From contig CAXXRV010000016.1 in assembly GCA_963674525.2 (NCBI GenBank), positions 12,648 to 44,647 on the forward strand: a stretch of DNA of 32,000 nt, given 5' to 3'. This DNA comes from an uncultured Psychromonas sp. (GTDB lineage: Bacteria; Pseudomonadota; Gammaproteobacteria; Enterobacterales; Psychromonadaceae). The translations under genes were made by a program, and so were the position numbers. This document shows, in pieces, positions 1-8,217 of this stretch (within the stretch, counting starts at the first letter, position 1; each line of letters begins with the position of its first letter). The notes below the pieces were generated by a model. That model saw nothing but the letters and a program-made list of their open reading frames with translations, did not search any database and was not told the DNA's origin.

Positions 1-64
1 CATTCTTGCGCTCGGGCATGAGCGTCTAGCAGTAGGAATCCCCCCACTAAAATCTTTGATTTAG
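1..64 (+). CDS. tnpB: 3' terminal fragment of tnpB (copy 1), 5'-truncated by the window edge; codons start at nt 2 and read ILALGHERLAVGIPPLKSLI*
   Basis: In-frame match to the C-terminus of the complete TnpB at 8352-9440 (ILALGHERLAVGIPH*). The extra C at 41-46 shifts the stop from the position equivalent to 9438-9440 to 62-64. Confidence 0.75.
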   Translation, partial: ILALGHERLAVGIPPLKSLI

Positions 65-81
65 TGGAGGGAGGATGTCAA
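1..81 (+). mobile_element. Right end (RE) of a second copy of the tnpB-only IS200/IS605-family element; the body of this copy lies left of the window
   Basis: nt 1-81 align with 9392-9471 (2 substitutions and one 1-nt C-tract indel). Identity stops abruptly after GGATGTCAA in both copies. Subterminal hairpin CCACTAAA (44-51) / TTTAGTGG (60-67). Confidence 0.85.
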
Positions 82-247
82 TCTGGGAAAGATTGTAAGG
101 CAAGGCTAAAAACAGTAGCAGTGCCGCTGCTTGAAGGATTGCACGCATCAATAGCGAACATTACGCAGCTAAGTATGAAAAAGGATTTATAATATAGTTA
201 ATTAACTTTCAACAAGCATATTTATAGTAATTGCTAGGATTTATACC

Positions 248-1306
248 ATGGATCGAAATAGAGTTATTTTTGCTGGCAGTTATTTCTGCTGTTCTATTTT
301 TTTAGCCTGTTATTTTGTGTTTGCCTTGCCGGTAAGTGCTGAGGCTGGCTTTAATTTTGATTTTCAATACCAGCAACAAGAAGAGCAGTATACTGAAAAT
401 ATTGACGCTGTTCATCAAGCTGCTGAGCAGGGGAATGCCAATGCGCAATTTTATCTTGCTGCGCTGTATGCACTCGGTCAGAGTGTTCCGCAAAACTATC
501 AACTGGCCGTTAGCTGGTGCCGTAAAGCCGCTGAGCAGGGGCTGGTAAATGCTCAGCATAATCTTGCTGTATTTTATGCTGCAGGGCGGGGTGTAAAGCA
601 GGACTACAAGCAGGCGGTTTTCTGGTACCGTAAGGCTGCACAGCAGGGATTTGTCAATGCACAACATGATCTTGGCGGGCTTTATGCGCTGGGGCGGGGC
701 GTAGAGCAGGACTTTGAGCAGGCGGTTTTTTGGTATCGTCAGGCTGCACAACAGGGATTTGCAGATGCTCAGGCCAGTCTTGGATATATGTATAGTGCAG
801 GTCAAGGTGTAAAGCAGGACTACAAGCAGGCGTTTTTCTGGTATCGTAAAGCTGGACGGCAGGGGCTGGCCAATGCCCAGCATAATCTCGGCCTGGCCTA
901 TGAAAGAGGGCAAGGCGTGAAGCAGGACTTTAAACAGGCGGTTTTTTGGTATCGTCAAGCGGCTGAGCAAGGGTTCGTCAATGCCCAGACCAATCTCGGC
1001 AATATGTATCTGGAAGGCAAAGGTGTGCCTAAAGACGAGATGCAGGCTGCTTCTTTTTATCAAAAAGCAGCGGAAAGAGGGGAGGCAACAGCACAGTTTA
1101 ACCTTGGCCGTTTATATGCTTTAGGCTTGGGCGTCCGCAAAGATTATAAACTGGCTTATGCATGGTTTTTTAGTGCGCAGCAAAATGGCTATGCACATGC
1201 ATCTGCCGGCCTGCACTTTGTCGCGCCCAAGTTGAGTGCGAAGGACCTTGCCGAAGCGAAGGAGTTAGCAAGAAGGTATGCCTGGTTATACCATTCCAGA
1301 GACTAG
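248..1306 (+). CDS. Secreted Sel1-like repeat (SLR/TPR-like) protein
   Basis: N-terminal hydrophobic signal-like segment ending ALPVSAEA. It is followed by 7 full and 1 degenerate 36-aa units with the Sel1 pattern (AAEQG-x-A-x-AQ-x-x-LG-x-x-Y-x-x-G-x-GV-x-QD-x-x-x-A-x-x-WY-x-KAA). Confidence 0.85.
   Translation: MDRNRVIFAGSYFCCSIFLACYFVFALPVSAEAGFNFDFQYQQQEEQYTENIDAVHQAAEQGNANAQFYLAALYALGQSVPQNYQLAVSWCRKAAEQGLVNAQHNLAVFYAAGRGVKQDYKQAVFWYRKAAQQGFVNAQHDLGGLYALGRGVEQDFEQAVFWYRQAAQQGFADAQASLGYMYSAGQGVKQDYKQAFFWYRKAGRQGLANAQHNLGLAYERGQGVKQDFKQAVFWYRQAAEQGFVNAQTNLGNMYLEGKGVPKDEMQAASFYQKAAERGEATAQFNLGRLYALGLGVRKDYKLAYAWFFSAQQNGYAHASAGLHFVAPKLSAKDLAEAKELARRYAWLYHSRD
422..1214 (+). repeat. 108-bp-period coding tandem repeats (Sel1 units)
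   Basis: Recurrent DNA blocks such as gtaaagcaggactacaagcaggcggttttctggtaccgtaaggctgca, gtagagcaggactttgagcaggcggttttttggtatcgtcaggctgca and gtgaagcaggactttaaacaggcggttttttggtatcgtcaagcggct. Confidence 0.8.
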
Positions 1307-1323
1307 TAGGAAAAGTAAATAAA

Positions 1324-2763
1324 ATGGAAATCAGATTTACACAATTAAAAGCAGAGGCGGCTACTTTTACCCTTGAGATCGATAACTGGGTGATAGAGCA
1401 GCACTCCTGGGGAGTCTTCTCTACAGAAGGTGATATCGGCTCTCTGCTTGCTAACCTGCTTTGCGGAGAACTTATTGCTTCATCCGGAAGTCTCCAGGGA
1501 AACAAGGGCAAGATTGCTCAGGTTTCTCTTAGTGAACAACAGCGTTTATTGGAGCTGGAGCTTGCCAATGATGACTCCGAGTTTATGGATCGTATCGATA
1601 CAGGAAGCACGGCTTATGAGCTTATTTATCAGCAGTGTGAAGATAAAGCCCTTACTCTGCGTCTGCTTAATGAACTGGATCTGCGGCATATTCAGGCAAG
1701 TGGATTTCGCATGCTTTCCACCGGTGAAACCCGACGTTTAATGTTAGCCAGAGCATTGGCCGGCCAACCTGAATTTTTAGTGCTGGATGATCCTTATACG
1801 GGCTTGGATAGTGCACATAGAAAATCATTGACGGACTATCTGATGGCATTGTCACAAACTGTGCAGATGATGGTTATTGTTTCGCGTGAAGAGGATATGC
1901 CGCAGTGGATAGATAAAATAGCCCTCTTTAGTCAGGGGAAGCTCGACAGTTTGATGGATAAAAATACCTGGGACAGCCATCCGCTAATCGCACAGATAAA
2001 GGCGCAGTCAAGAGAACAGAGCGAACAGATGATGGCGTTGATTCGACGTCATCGCCATAGCGCTCAATTTGCGGATCCTATCTTTGAGTTGCAAAACGGC
2101 AAAGTGGTTTATGCAGAGCAAAGTATTTTTAGCGGCGTAAACTGGCGTATTAATCAAGGTGAGCACTGGCAGGTTAAAGGCCCGAACGGTTGTGGAAAAA
2201 GTACCTTGTTAGGTTTGATTTTTGGTGATCATCCGCAATGCTACAGCAATGACATTCAAATCTTCGGCAGGCAAAGAGGCTCGGGGGAAACTATCTGGGA
2301 GATCAAAAAGCATATCGGAATGGTCTCCTCGGCGCTGCATCTGCAATACCGAGTGAACTGCAGTGCGCTGGAGGTTATTTTATCCGGCTTTTATGACTCG
2401 ATCGGGCTTTATCAAAAAGCGACAATACAGGAACAGAAGATTGCCGAGGAATGGTTGCAGATCCTGCATATGGGAGCATTTGCAAAAACTCCTTTCAGGC
2501 ACTTAGAATATGGCCAGCAGCGGCTATTACTGATTGCCAGAGCGATAGTTAAACAGCCGGCGCTGTTAATTCTGGATGAGCCCTATCAGGGCCTTGATTA
2601 TCTGGGAAGACGATTAGTTAAAAACGCTCTTGAGCTGATTGCTAAAGAAAATCTCAGTCAGCTTATTTATGTTTCTCACTACCAGCAAGACAGTCTGGCA
2701 AGTATAGACAATTATCTGCAGTTTATTGCAGATAAGGTAAACGGCGGTTACAAAGTTGAATGA
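1324..2763 (+). CDS. modF: ModF-like ABC ATPase with two nucleotide-binding domains and no membrane domain
   Basis: Collinear with E. coli ModF as I recall it, e.g. GDHPQCYSNDIQIFGRQRGSGETIWEIKKHIG. The second NBD has Walker A GPNGCGKST, signature-like YGQQRL and Walker B LLILDEP. The first NBD has LSTGETRR and FLVLDDP but a degenerate Walker A. Confidence 0.8.
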   Translation: MEIRFTQLKAEAATFTLEIDNWVIEQHSWGVFSTEGDIGSLLANLLCGELIASSGSLQGNKGKIAQVSLSEQQRLLELELANDDSEFMDRIDTGSTAYELIYQQCEDKALTLRLLNELDLRHIQASGFRMLSTGETRRLMLARALAGQPEFLVLDDPYTGLDSAHRKSLTDYLMALSQTVQMMVIVSREEDMPQWIDKIALFSQGKLDSLMDKNTWDSHPLIAQIKAQSREQSEQMMALIRRHRHSAQFADPIFELQNGKVVYAEQSIFSGVNWRINQGEHWQVKGPNGCGKSTLLGLIFGDHPQCYSNDIQIFGRQRGSGETIWEIKKHIGMVSSALHLQYRVNCSALEVILSGFYDSIGLYQKATIQEQKIAEEWLQILHMGAFAKTPFRHLEYGQQRLLLIARAIVKQPALLILDEPYQGLDYLGRRLVKNALELIAKENLSQLIYVSHYQQDSLASIDNYLQFIADKVNGGYKVE

Positions 2764-2765
2764 TC

Positions 2766-5279
2766 TTAATCGAGTGGCTTGAAGTAGACCAGAAGCAGCG
2801 GCAGCAAGGTCAGATTGGCCAGCAGCGCGACCAGCATCGAAAAGCCGGTTAACAGGCCGAAATAGATGGTTGGAATAAAATTGGACAGGGCAAGAATGGA
2901 AAATCCCAATATAACAGTGACCGAAGTGTAATAGATAGCACGTCCGATACTGCCGTGGCAGTGTCGGACGGCACGCCAGTAGTTTTTATGCTGATGGTAT
3001 TCAGCGATAAAGCGGTGCACATAATGAATGGCGTCATCCACCGCGATGCCAATGCAGATTGCCGCTATGGTAATGGTCATCAAATCTAGCGGGATATTCA
3101 GCCAGCCCATCAGCCCCAGTACCATGGCTGCCGCAACCAAGTTAGGTACCAGGGTGATGGCTGCTATTTTGAGATCTCTGAAGAGCAGCGTAAACATCAT
3201 AAAGATCGCCACAAAAACCACGCCTATGGTCAAGATTTGCGAGCGAAACAAACTCTGCAGCATATTGTTGTACAGCACCACCATGCCGGTCAGGTGCACC
3301 TGCTCATTATCCATTGCCAGCTCACCGGTCAGATGTTGACGGATCTTCTCTAACAGGTCATTGCGCTGCAAAGACAGATCTGATTCAAAGACCCGCAGGC
3401 TGAATCTAAGCTGCTGAGCATCCTTTGACAGATAGGGAGTAAACAAAATCTCCTTGATATCATCCGGCAGCTTCTTATACAGGACGGAGAGGAAGAAGTT
3501 GTCATCAAGCACACGCGGATCTAAAGTCCCCAATATTTCCATGCTGGCGGCAAGAGAAAGCACCTTGCCCGATTCTGGCAAGCCATCGAGATAATCGTGG
3601 ATGGCTGCAACTTCCTGCAATTCTGCCGTGTTGAACCAGTAACTGCGAGCGGTAATCCCCTTGTCTTCGTCTGCTTGCGGCTCAAATTCTGCCGGATCAA
3701 AACCTAACTCTTCCAGCAGCTGGGCTTCTTCACTTCCTAGTTGCTGTTCATTGTCTTTAAAAAAAGTGGCCGGCGCGTCAATGATTATATCCAGTGGCGT
3801 AGTGCCGCCCAGTTTATGGTCGATAAGTTCCATTCCCTGATAGATCTCGGTTGATTTTTTGAAGTAATCGATAAAGCGGTTTTCTACCGTTAACATACTG
3901 ATACCTATGCTGCTAAGCAGGAACAGTAGGGCAAAGGCAGTGACGACAGCTCGGCCATGGGAGGCGATCAGTCCGGCAAGAAAAGCGGTGATCACCCCGG
4001 TGATATTGTGCTGTTCACGCGGTCGTCCCGGTTTAAGTAACATTAAGGAAGCGGGAAACAGGGTAAAGGTGATAAGAAAGGCCACGGCCATGCCTATGGT
4101 CATCATCCAGCCGAAATCGATGACCGGGCGTATATCACTGACCAGCAGAGAGGCGAATGCAACCATAGTGGTGGTGGCGGTATAAAAACAGGGCAGCAGT
4201 TTTTTCTTTACGGTTTCCAGCACCAGCGTATGCTGCGAGGCATCGGGCTGCTGCGCATGCAGCTCCTGATAACGCACAATCAGGTGAATGGTCAGCGATA
4301 AGGTAATGATCAGCAGCAGCGAAATAAAGTTGGAAGAGACCACTGTTACCGGCCAGTCGCTCAAGCCGAGAAAACCGACCATGGTTATTCCGCAAGAAAA
4401 GCAGGTAAGCAGCGGCAGCAGCACCCAGCGCAGCTTGGCGAAAGCCACCGCAAGCAGAACGATCAGAAAGGCCAGTACGCCGAGCCCGAAAGTCAGCAGG
4501 TCGTGGCGAATAAAGTCGATAGAGTCAACGGTGATCATCGGCACGCCGCCTAAATGCAGTTTTGCTCCTTGTTGGTGTTCGGCCATAATTTTGCGCACAT
4601 CGGCGATCAGGGCACTCTGCCGCTCCAGCGACGCCCTACTGTAGGCGCTAAAGCGTTCCGTGACTGATGCCAGTTCATCGCGCTGCTCTGCAGTGAGATC
4701 TGCATCGATGCGTATTTCCCGAAGCTGATTACGGCGGTTACGTAATTTATAGTAGGTCTCATCACGGCGCATATTGACTTGCAGGGCGGTCGTTCCGCCA
4801 TCCTCACTGATCAGCAGGTTCGCATAGAGGGGGCTGGCAAGCAGTTCACGGCGGGCCAGGTGCCGGTCGGTATCGGGTTGTTCCAGAGTACGGAGCGAGT
4901 CGCGGATTTCGTCCGATGGAACGCGCGGACTGTCAATCAAGGGCACATCGAGAATGCTGATCACAGCGTCGACTTCCTGCAATGCGCTCAAGCTATCGCG
5001 CAATTTCTGCAGATCGTCGAGTACGCTCTTATCAAAAAGGTCTTTATGCGGTGTGTAGGTGACGATCAGAAAGTCGTCCGAGCCATAGCGCGCCTTGATC
5101 GCGTGGTAATAATGAAGCGTTTGATCGTTTTCCAGCAGCAGCGAGTCACCGGAGGCATCGAGCCGGAATTTACTCGCATGAAAGGCGAAAAAGGTGACGA
5201 TCAGCGCGATAATCAATAACGACAGCCGAGGATGGCTTAGCAGCAGCCGATCGTAACTCTCTGCGGGGGAAAACAGCAT
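2766..5279 (-). CDS. RND-superfamily exporter of the MMPL/COG1033 type
   Basis: Two blocks of about 6 hydrophobic helices, each preceded by a large soluble loop, in an ~840-aa protein. I prefer the ATG at 5279 because GAAGGAG lies 7 nt upstream; the ORF-track start at 5312 is a TTG. Confidence 0.7.
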   Translation of the reverse strand: MLFSPAESYDRLLLSHPRLSLLIIALIVTFFAFHASKFRLDASGDSLLLENDQTLHYYHAIKARYGSDDFLIVTYTPHKDLFDKSVLDDLQKLRDSLSALQEVDAVISILDVPLIDSPRVPSDEIRDSLRTLEQPDTDRHLARRELLASPLYANLLISEDGGTTALQVNMRRDETYYKLRNRRNQLREIRIDADLTAEQRDELASVTERFSAYSRASLERQSALIADVRKIMAEHQQGAKLHLGGVPMITVDSIDFIRHDLLTFGLGVLAFLIVLLAVAFAKLRWVLLPLLTCFSCGITMVGFLGLSDWPVTVVSSNFISLLLIITLSLTIHLIVRYQELHAQQPDASQHTLVLETVKKKLLPCFYTATTTMVAFASLLVSDIRPVIDFGWMMTIGMAVAFLITFTLFPASLMLLKPGRPREQHNITGVITAFLAGLIASHGRAVVTAFALLFLLSSIGISMLTVENRFIDYFKKSTEIYQGMELIDHKLGGTTPLDIIIDAPATFFKDNEQQLGSEEAQLLEELGFDPAEFEPQADEDKGITARSYWFNTAELQEVAAIHDYLDGLPESGKVLSLAASMEILGTLDPRVLDDNFFLSVLYKKLPDDIKEILFTPYLSKDAQQLRFSLRVFESDLSLQRNDLLEKIRQHLTGELAMDNEQVHLTGMVVLYNNMLQSLFRSQILTIGVVFVAIFMMFTLLFRDLKIAAITLVPNLVAAAMVLGLMGWLNIPLDLMTITIAAICIGIAVDDAIHYVHRFIAEYHQHKNYWRAVRHCHGSIGRAIYYTSVTVILGFSILALSNFIPTIYFGLLTGFSMLVALLANLTLLPLLLVYFKPLD

Positions 5280-5485
5280 GCGTTTACTCCTTCGCTTAAC
5301 AGGATTCCTCAAAATGAGTATAGGAAGATTAGCGATGTTTGCTAACTACAATACGTCTAAAAGGCGTTTTCCGGCAGTAGAGAAAGCCAATACGACAAAG
5401 TACTAAATCTATAATATGGGTCATACTTAGAGTTTATTTGGCTTTTCCGGTTAGCGCTAGGCTCTCGATATAAAGGAAGGCAAGG

Positions 5486-6493
5486 GTGACAGCATCAGCA
5501 AATATCTCCTCTTCTCGCCAGTTTCGGTTATCTATTGCCGGATCTGCGCTATGCGGTGCTTTGCTTGCCGCTTTAGCGCTCTTTATGCGTGCTTTGCAAG
5601 TAAGTTTGCTGGAGCAGTTAGCAGTCTTTTTATCGCTCGCACCACTGGCTGGATTTTTAGTGGCGCTTACGCTGCCCGCTATTCAGCAGCGAATCGCAGC
5701 AGGATGGAGAAAATCCTGTCGTTGCCCACTACTGATTGCAGCAGGGCTTGCCTGCAGCTATTCACTGGCAGCTATCGGCAATGGCTTTAATCCTTATGAC
5801 TGGCTGGTGGTGATTTTATTTTTTATATTGGTACTGCTGTCCGCTCATGCGCTTTCTCAGTGCCCGCCCGGTTATAGTGATATGTTATTGCTCTGGGTAT
5901 TGTTAGTACCTTTTGAATATCGCCTCACTGAAAAACTGTGGTTTGGTGCGCAGGGCATCAGTTATATCTGGTGGTCGTTGGCGCTAAGTGTGTTAATGAT
6001 AGTGATTTGGCGTGACGGTCGAGGGCTGCCGGGAATGGCCATAAGCTTTGTGCTTAAGGCTAAGGATATTATGGCTGTCCTGCTTGTGACAGCCGTGGCG
6101 CTGTTGTTTCTGCTGCCTATGGCGATGGCTTTGGATTTTATCCGTTACAATCCTCCGGCGGACTTTATTGCCTGGGAAACAGCCGTTAGATTTATCGGCC
6201 TGCTGTTTACCGTGGCCATTCCTGAAGAGTTGTTTTTTCGTGGTGTGTTGATGATGTCGCTGTTGGCTCTGACTAAAAAACTGTGGCTGGCGGTGCTGTT
6301 ATCTTCACTATTCTTTGGTCTCTGCCATTGGAATAATGCTACTACGCTACAGCAGCAGCTAGCATACTGCTTTCTGGCGAGCATCGCAGGAATTTTTTAT
6401 GCCCTCTCTTATCTGCGCTGCGCTAATAACCTGTTGCCTGCAGCATTGACTCACACCGCTATTGACTGGGGTTGGCAGCTTTTCTTTAAGTAA
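5486..6493 (+). CDS. CPBP (CAAX/Abi) family intramembrane glutamic endopeptidase
   Basis: Polytopic membrane protein with the three CPBP motifs in order: EELFFRG, FGLCHW and HTAIDW. GTG start preceded by AAGGAAGG. Confidence 0.8.
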   Translation: MTASANISSSRQFRLSIAGSALCGALLAALALFMRALQVSLLEQLAVFLSLAPLAGFLVALTLPAIQQRIAAGWRKSCRCPLLIAAGLACSYSLAAIGNGFNPYDWLVVILFFILVLLSAHALSQCPPGYSDMLLLWVLLVPFEYRLTEKLWFGAQGISYIWWSLALSVLMIVIWRDGRGLPGMAISFVLKAKDIMAVLLVTAVALLFLLPMAMALDFIRYNPPADFIAWETAVRFIGLLFTVAIPEELFFRGVLMMSLLALTKKLWLAVLLSSLFFGLCHWNNATTLQQQLAYCFLASIAGIFYALSYLRCANNLLPAALTHTAIDWGWQLFFK

Positions 6494-6666
6494 TAGCTTT
6501 GTCATAAAATAAACCCGTCTCTGCAGATGAACATTTTGGCAAAGGGCGTTGATTATCTCTATACTGATTATTGTTAATAATCTTCAAGCAAGAGGGCTGC
6601 CTGGCTGGGCGATTACCGCCAAGCCAACAGCCCATGCTTTACCAGGCTACACAAGGAAGCAATAGT

Positions 6667-7572
6667 GTGACACTGAGCAGGCGGGAGTTTTTAATATCGA
6701 GCGCGAGTGCTGTGGTCAGCGGCTGTGCTCTGCTGTCTTTTCCGGGCATCTGCCTTGCTGCATCGGCAACACCGCTGGAAAACAAGATAGAAAAAGCGGT
6801 TAAAGGGATGCGCAAGCGTGGAATTATCTCAAAGAATGAGCGAACCTCCTGGTCCATTTATGATTTTACCAGCGGACAGAAACTGGTCTCGATCAATGAA
6901 GACCGGCCAATGCAGGCTGCCAGCATGATCAAGCCTTTTATCGCCCAGGCATTCTTTATCCGTCATAATGCCAACCCGCAACTTTACCCCTATCGCATGA
7001 AGGAAAAACAGATTCTGGAAAAAATGCTCCGTTACAGTGATAACAGCGCAACCAATCAGATGATCAATATTGTCGGAAAACACTCAGAGCAGCCCTATCG
7101 GCCAGTCACGGTAGAAAGGGTGCTAAAGTCATTCAAACCGGCGCTTTTTCAGCAAACCTCAATTGTCGAGTATATTCCGCCGGGCGGGAAAACTTACCTT
7201 AATTGTGCCTCGGCGCATGATTACAGCCGCTTTCTGTTTGCCATGTGGAACCAGAATCTCCCTTACGCGCAGGAAATTCAGCATTATATGAGCCTGTCTA
7301 ACCGGGACAGGATCAGCGACGGGGTTGAAAATATTCCCGCGTCGGTCAAAGTCATTGATAAAACCGGTTCAACTTCGCAGATGTGCGGTGATATGGGGAT
7401 TGTGCTGGCCCATGATAAAGGTGGTAAAATATATCCCTACACCTTTATCGGTATGATAGAGCGGGAGCAACCAGCGCAACGCTACCCCCTATGGATCCGT
7501 AAGCGTGGCAATGTGCTGAGAACAATCTCCAGTATCGCTTACGAGCATATCAAGCGTACTTACAGGCTTTAG
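6667..7572 (+). CDS. Class A beta-lactamase-like serine hydrolase with a twin-arginine signal
   Basis: S-x-x-K (SMIK), S-D-N (YSDNSAT) and K-T-G (DKTGST) occur in the correct order. The Tat-like signal is TLSRREFLISSASAV. The GTG at 6667 has AAGGAAG 7 nt upstream; an alternative in-frame ATG lies at 6634. Confidence 0.7.
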   Translation: MTLSRREFLISSASAVVSGCALLSFPGICLAASATPLENKIEKAVKGMRKRGIISKNERTSWSIYDFTSGQKLVSINEDRPMQAASMIKPFIAQAFFIRHNANPQLYPYRMKEKQILEKMLRYSDNSATNQMINIVGKHSEQPYRPVTVERVLKSFKPALFQQTSIVEYIPPGGKTYLNCASAHDYSRFLFAMWNQNLPYAQEIQHYMSLSNRDRISDGVENIPASVKVIDKTGSTSQMCGDMGIVLAHDKGGKIYPYTFIGMIEREQPAQRYPLWIRKRGNVLRTISSIAYEHIKRTYRL

Positions 7573-7610
7573 CGTGTTATTCGTCTCGTTAATAAAAGAG
7601 TTGATTGGTT

Positions 7611-8216
7611 ATGGTGCAATGGTTACTACTATCGATATTAATAGGCGCAGCGGGATCACTGACAGCCTGCAGCAAGAGCCTTGATAAGGCCCCTGAAAAG
7701 CCCGTTTCTTTTTCGGTGAAGCTTGAGCCTGCTGCTTTTGTCGAAAATTCTGGGGCGCCTGTCGAGCTGACGGCGGCAACAGAGACACAATTATCATCTG
7801 GATTTGCACAGAGCATGCTGTCGGCCGTGAATAAGGCACGCGCGCAGGCACGTCAGTGTGGCGGCAGAAGCATGCCGGCCGTTGCCAAGCTAACCTGGAA
7901 TAAGCAACTGCAACGCGCTGCTTATATCCATTCAAGCGATATGGCGAAATATGAGTTTTTCAGCCATACCGGCTTGCAGGGCAAAGAGGTTAGCCACCGA
8001 GTTCAGGAGCAGGGCTATCGTTGGCGTGCGGTGGGAGAAAATATCAGCGCCGGGGCTGTGGATGTGCAGGCTGTTATGGCGGGATGGTTAGCCAGCCCCG
8101 GCCACTGCGCCAATATTATGAGTGCGGATTTTACAGAAATGGCCGCTGCTGTGGTCACCAATAAGGCAACCTATTATGAGCACTATTGGACGCAGGTGTT
8201 TGCAGCCCCTTTTTAA
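7611..8216 (+). CDS. CAP/SCP/PR1-like (YkwD-type) domain lipoprotein
   Basis: Lipobox LTAC after a hydrophobic stretch. The C-terminal domain carries WNKQL...AA..HS.DM, GENI and GW..SPGHCANIM, which is typical of CAP domains. The ATG at 7611 is preferred over the TTG at 7605. Confidence 0.7.
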   Translation: MVQWLLLSILIGAAGSLTACSKSLDKAPEKPVSFSVKLEPAAFVENSGAPVELTAATETQLSSGFAQSMLSAVNKARAQARQCGGRSMPAVAKLTWNKQLQRAAYIHSSDMAKYEFFSHTGLQGKEVSHRVQEQGYRWRAVGENISAGAVDVQAVMAGWLASPGHCANIMSADFTEMAAAVVTNKATYYEHYWTQVFAAPF

Positions 8217-8217
8217 C

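Noticed and set aside
302-1063. 253-aa ORF antisense to the Sel1-repeat gene
   Set aside because: The plus-strand frame carries an unmistakable Sel1 repeat signature and a signal peptide. The antisense ORF is a by-product of the repetitive, stop-poor sequence and has no recognisable motif or RBS.
422-1214. Regularly spaced DNA repeats here and at 20721-21910, checked as possible CRISPR-like arrays
   Set aside because: The periods (108 bp and 174 bp) correspond exactly to protein repeat units within long ORFs. There is no alternation of short conserved repeats and unique spacers, and no cas genes are present.
5367-5378. 12-nt string ttttccggcagt, which recurs at 10296-10307 in another intergenic region; considered as a shared operator
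   Set aside because: Dozens of 12-nt exact matches are expected by chance in a 32-kb window when both strands are considered. There is no palindromic structure or consistent position relative to gene starts.
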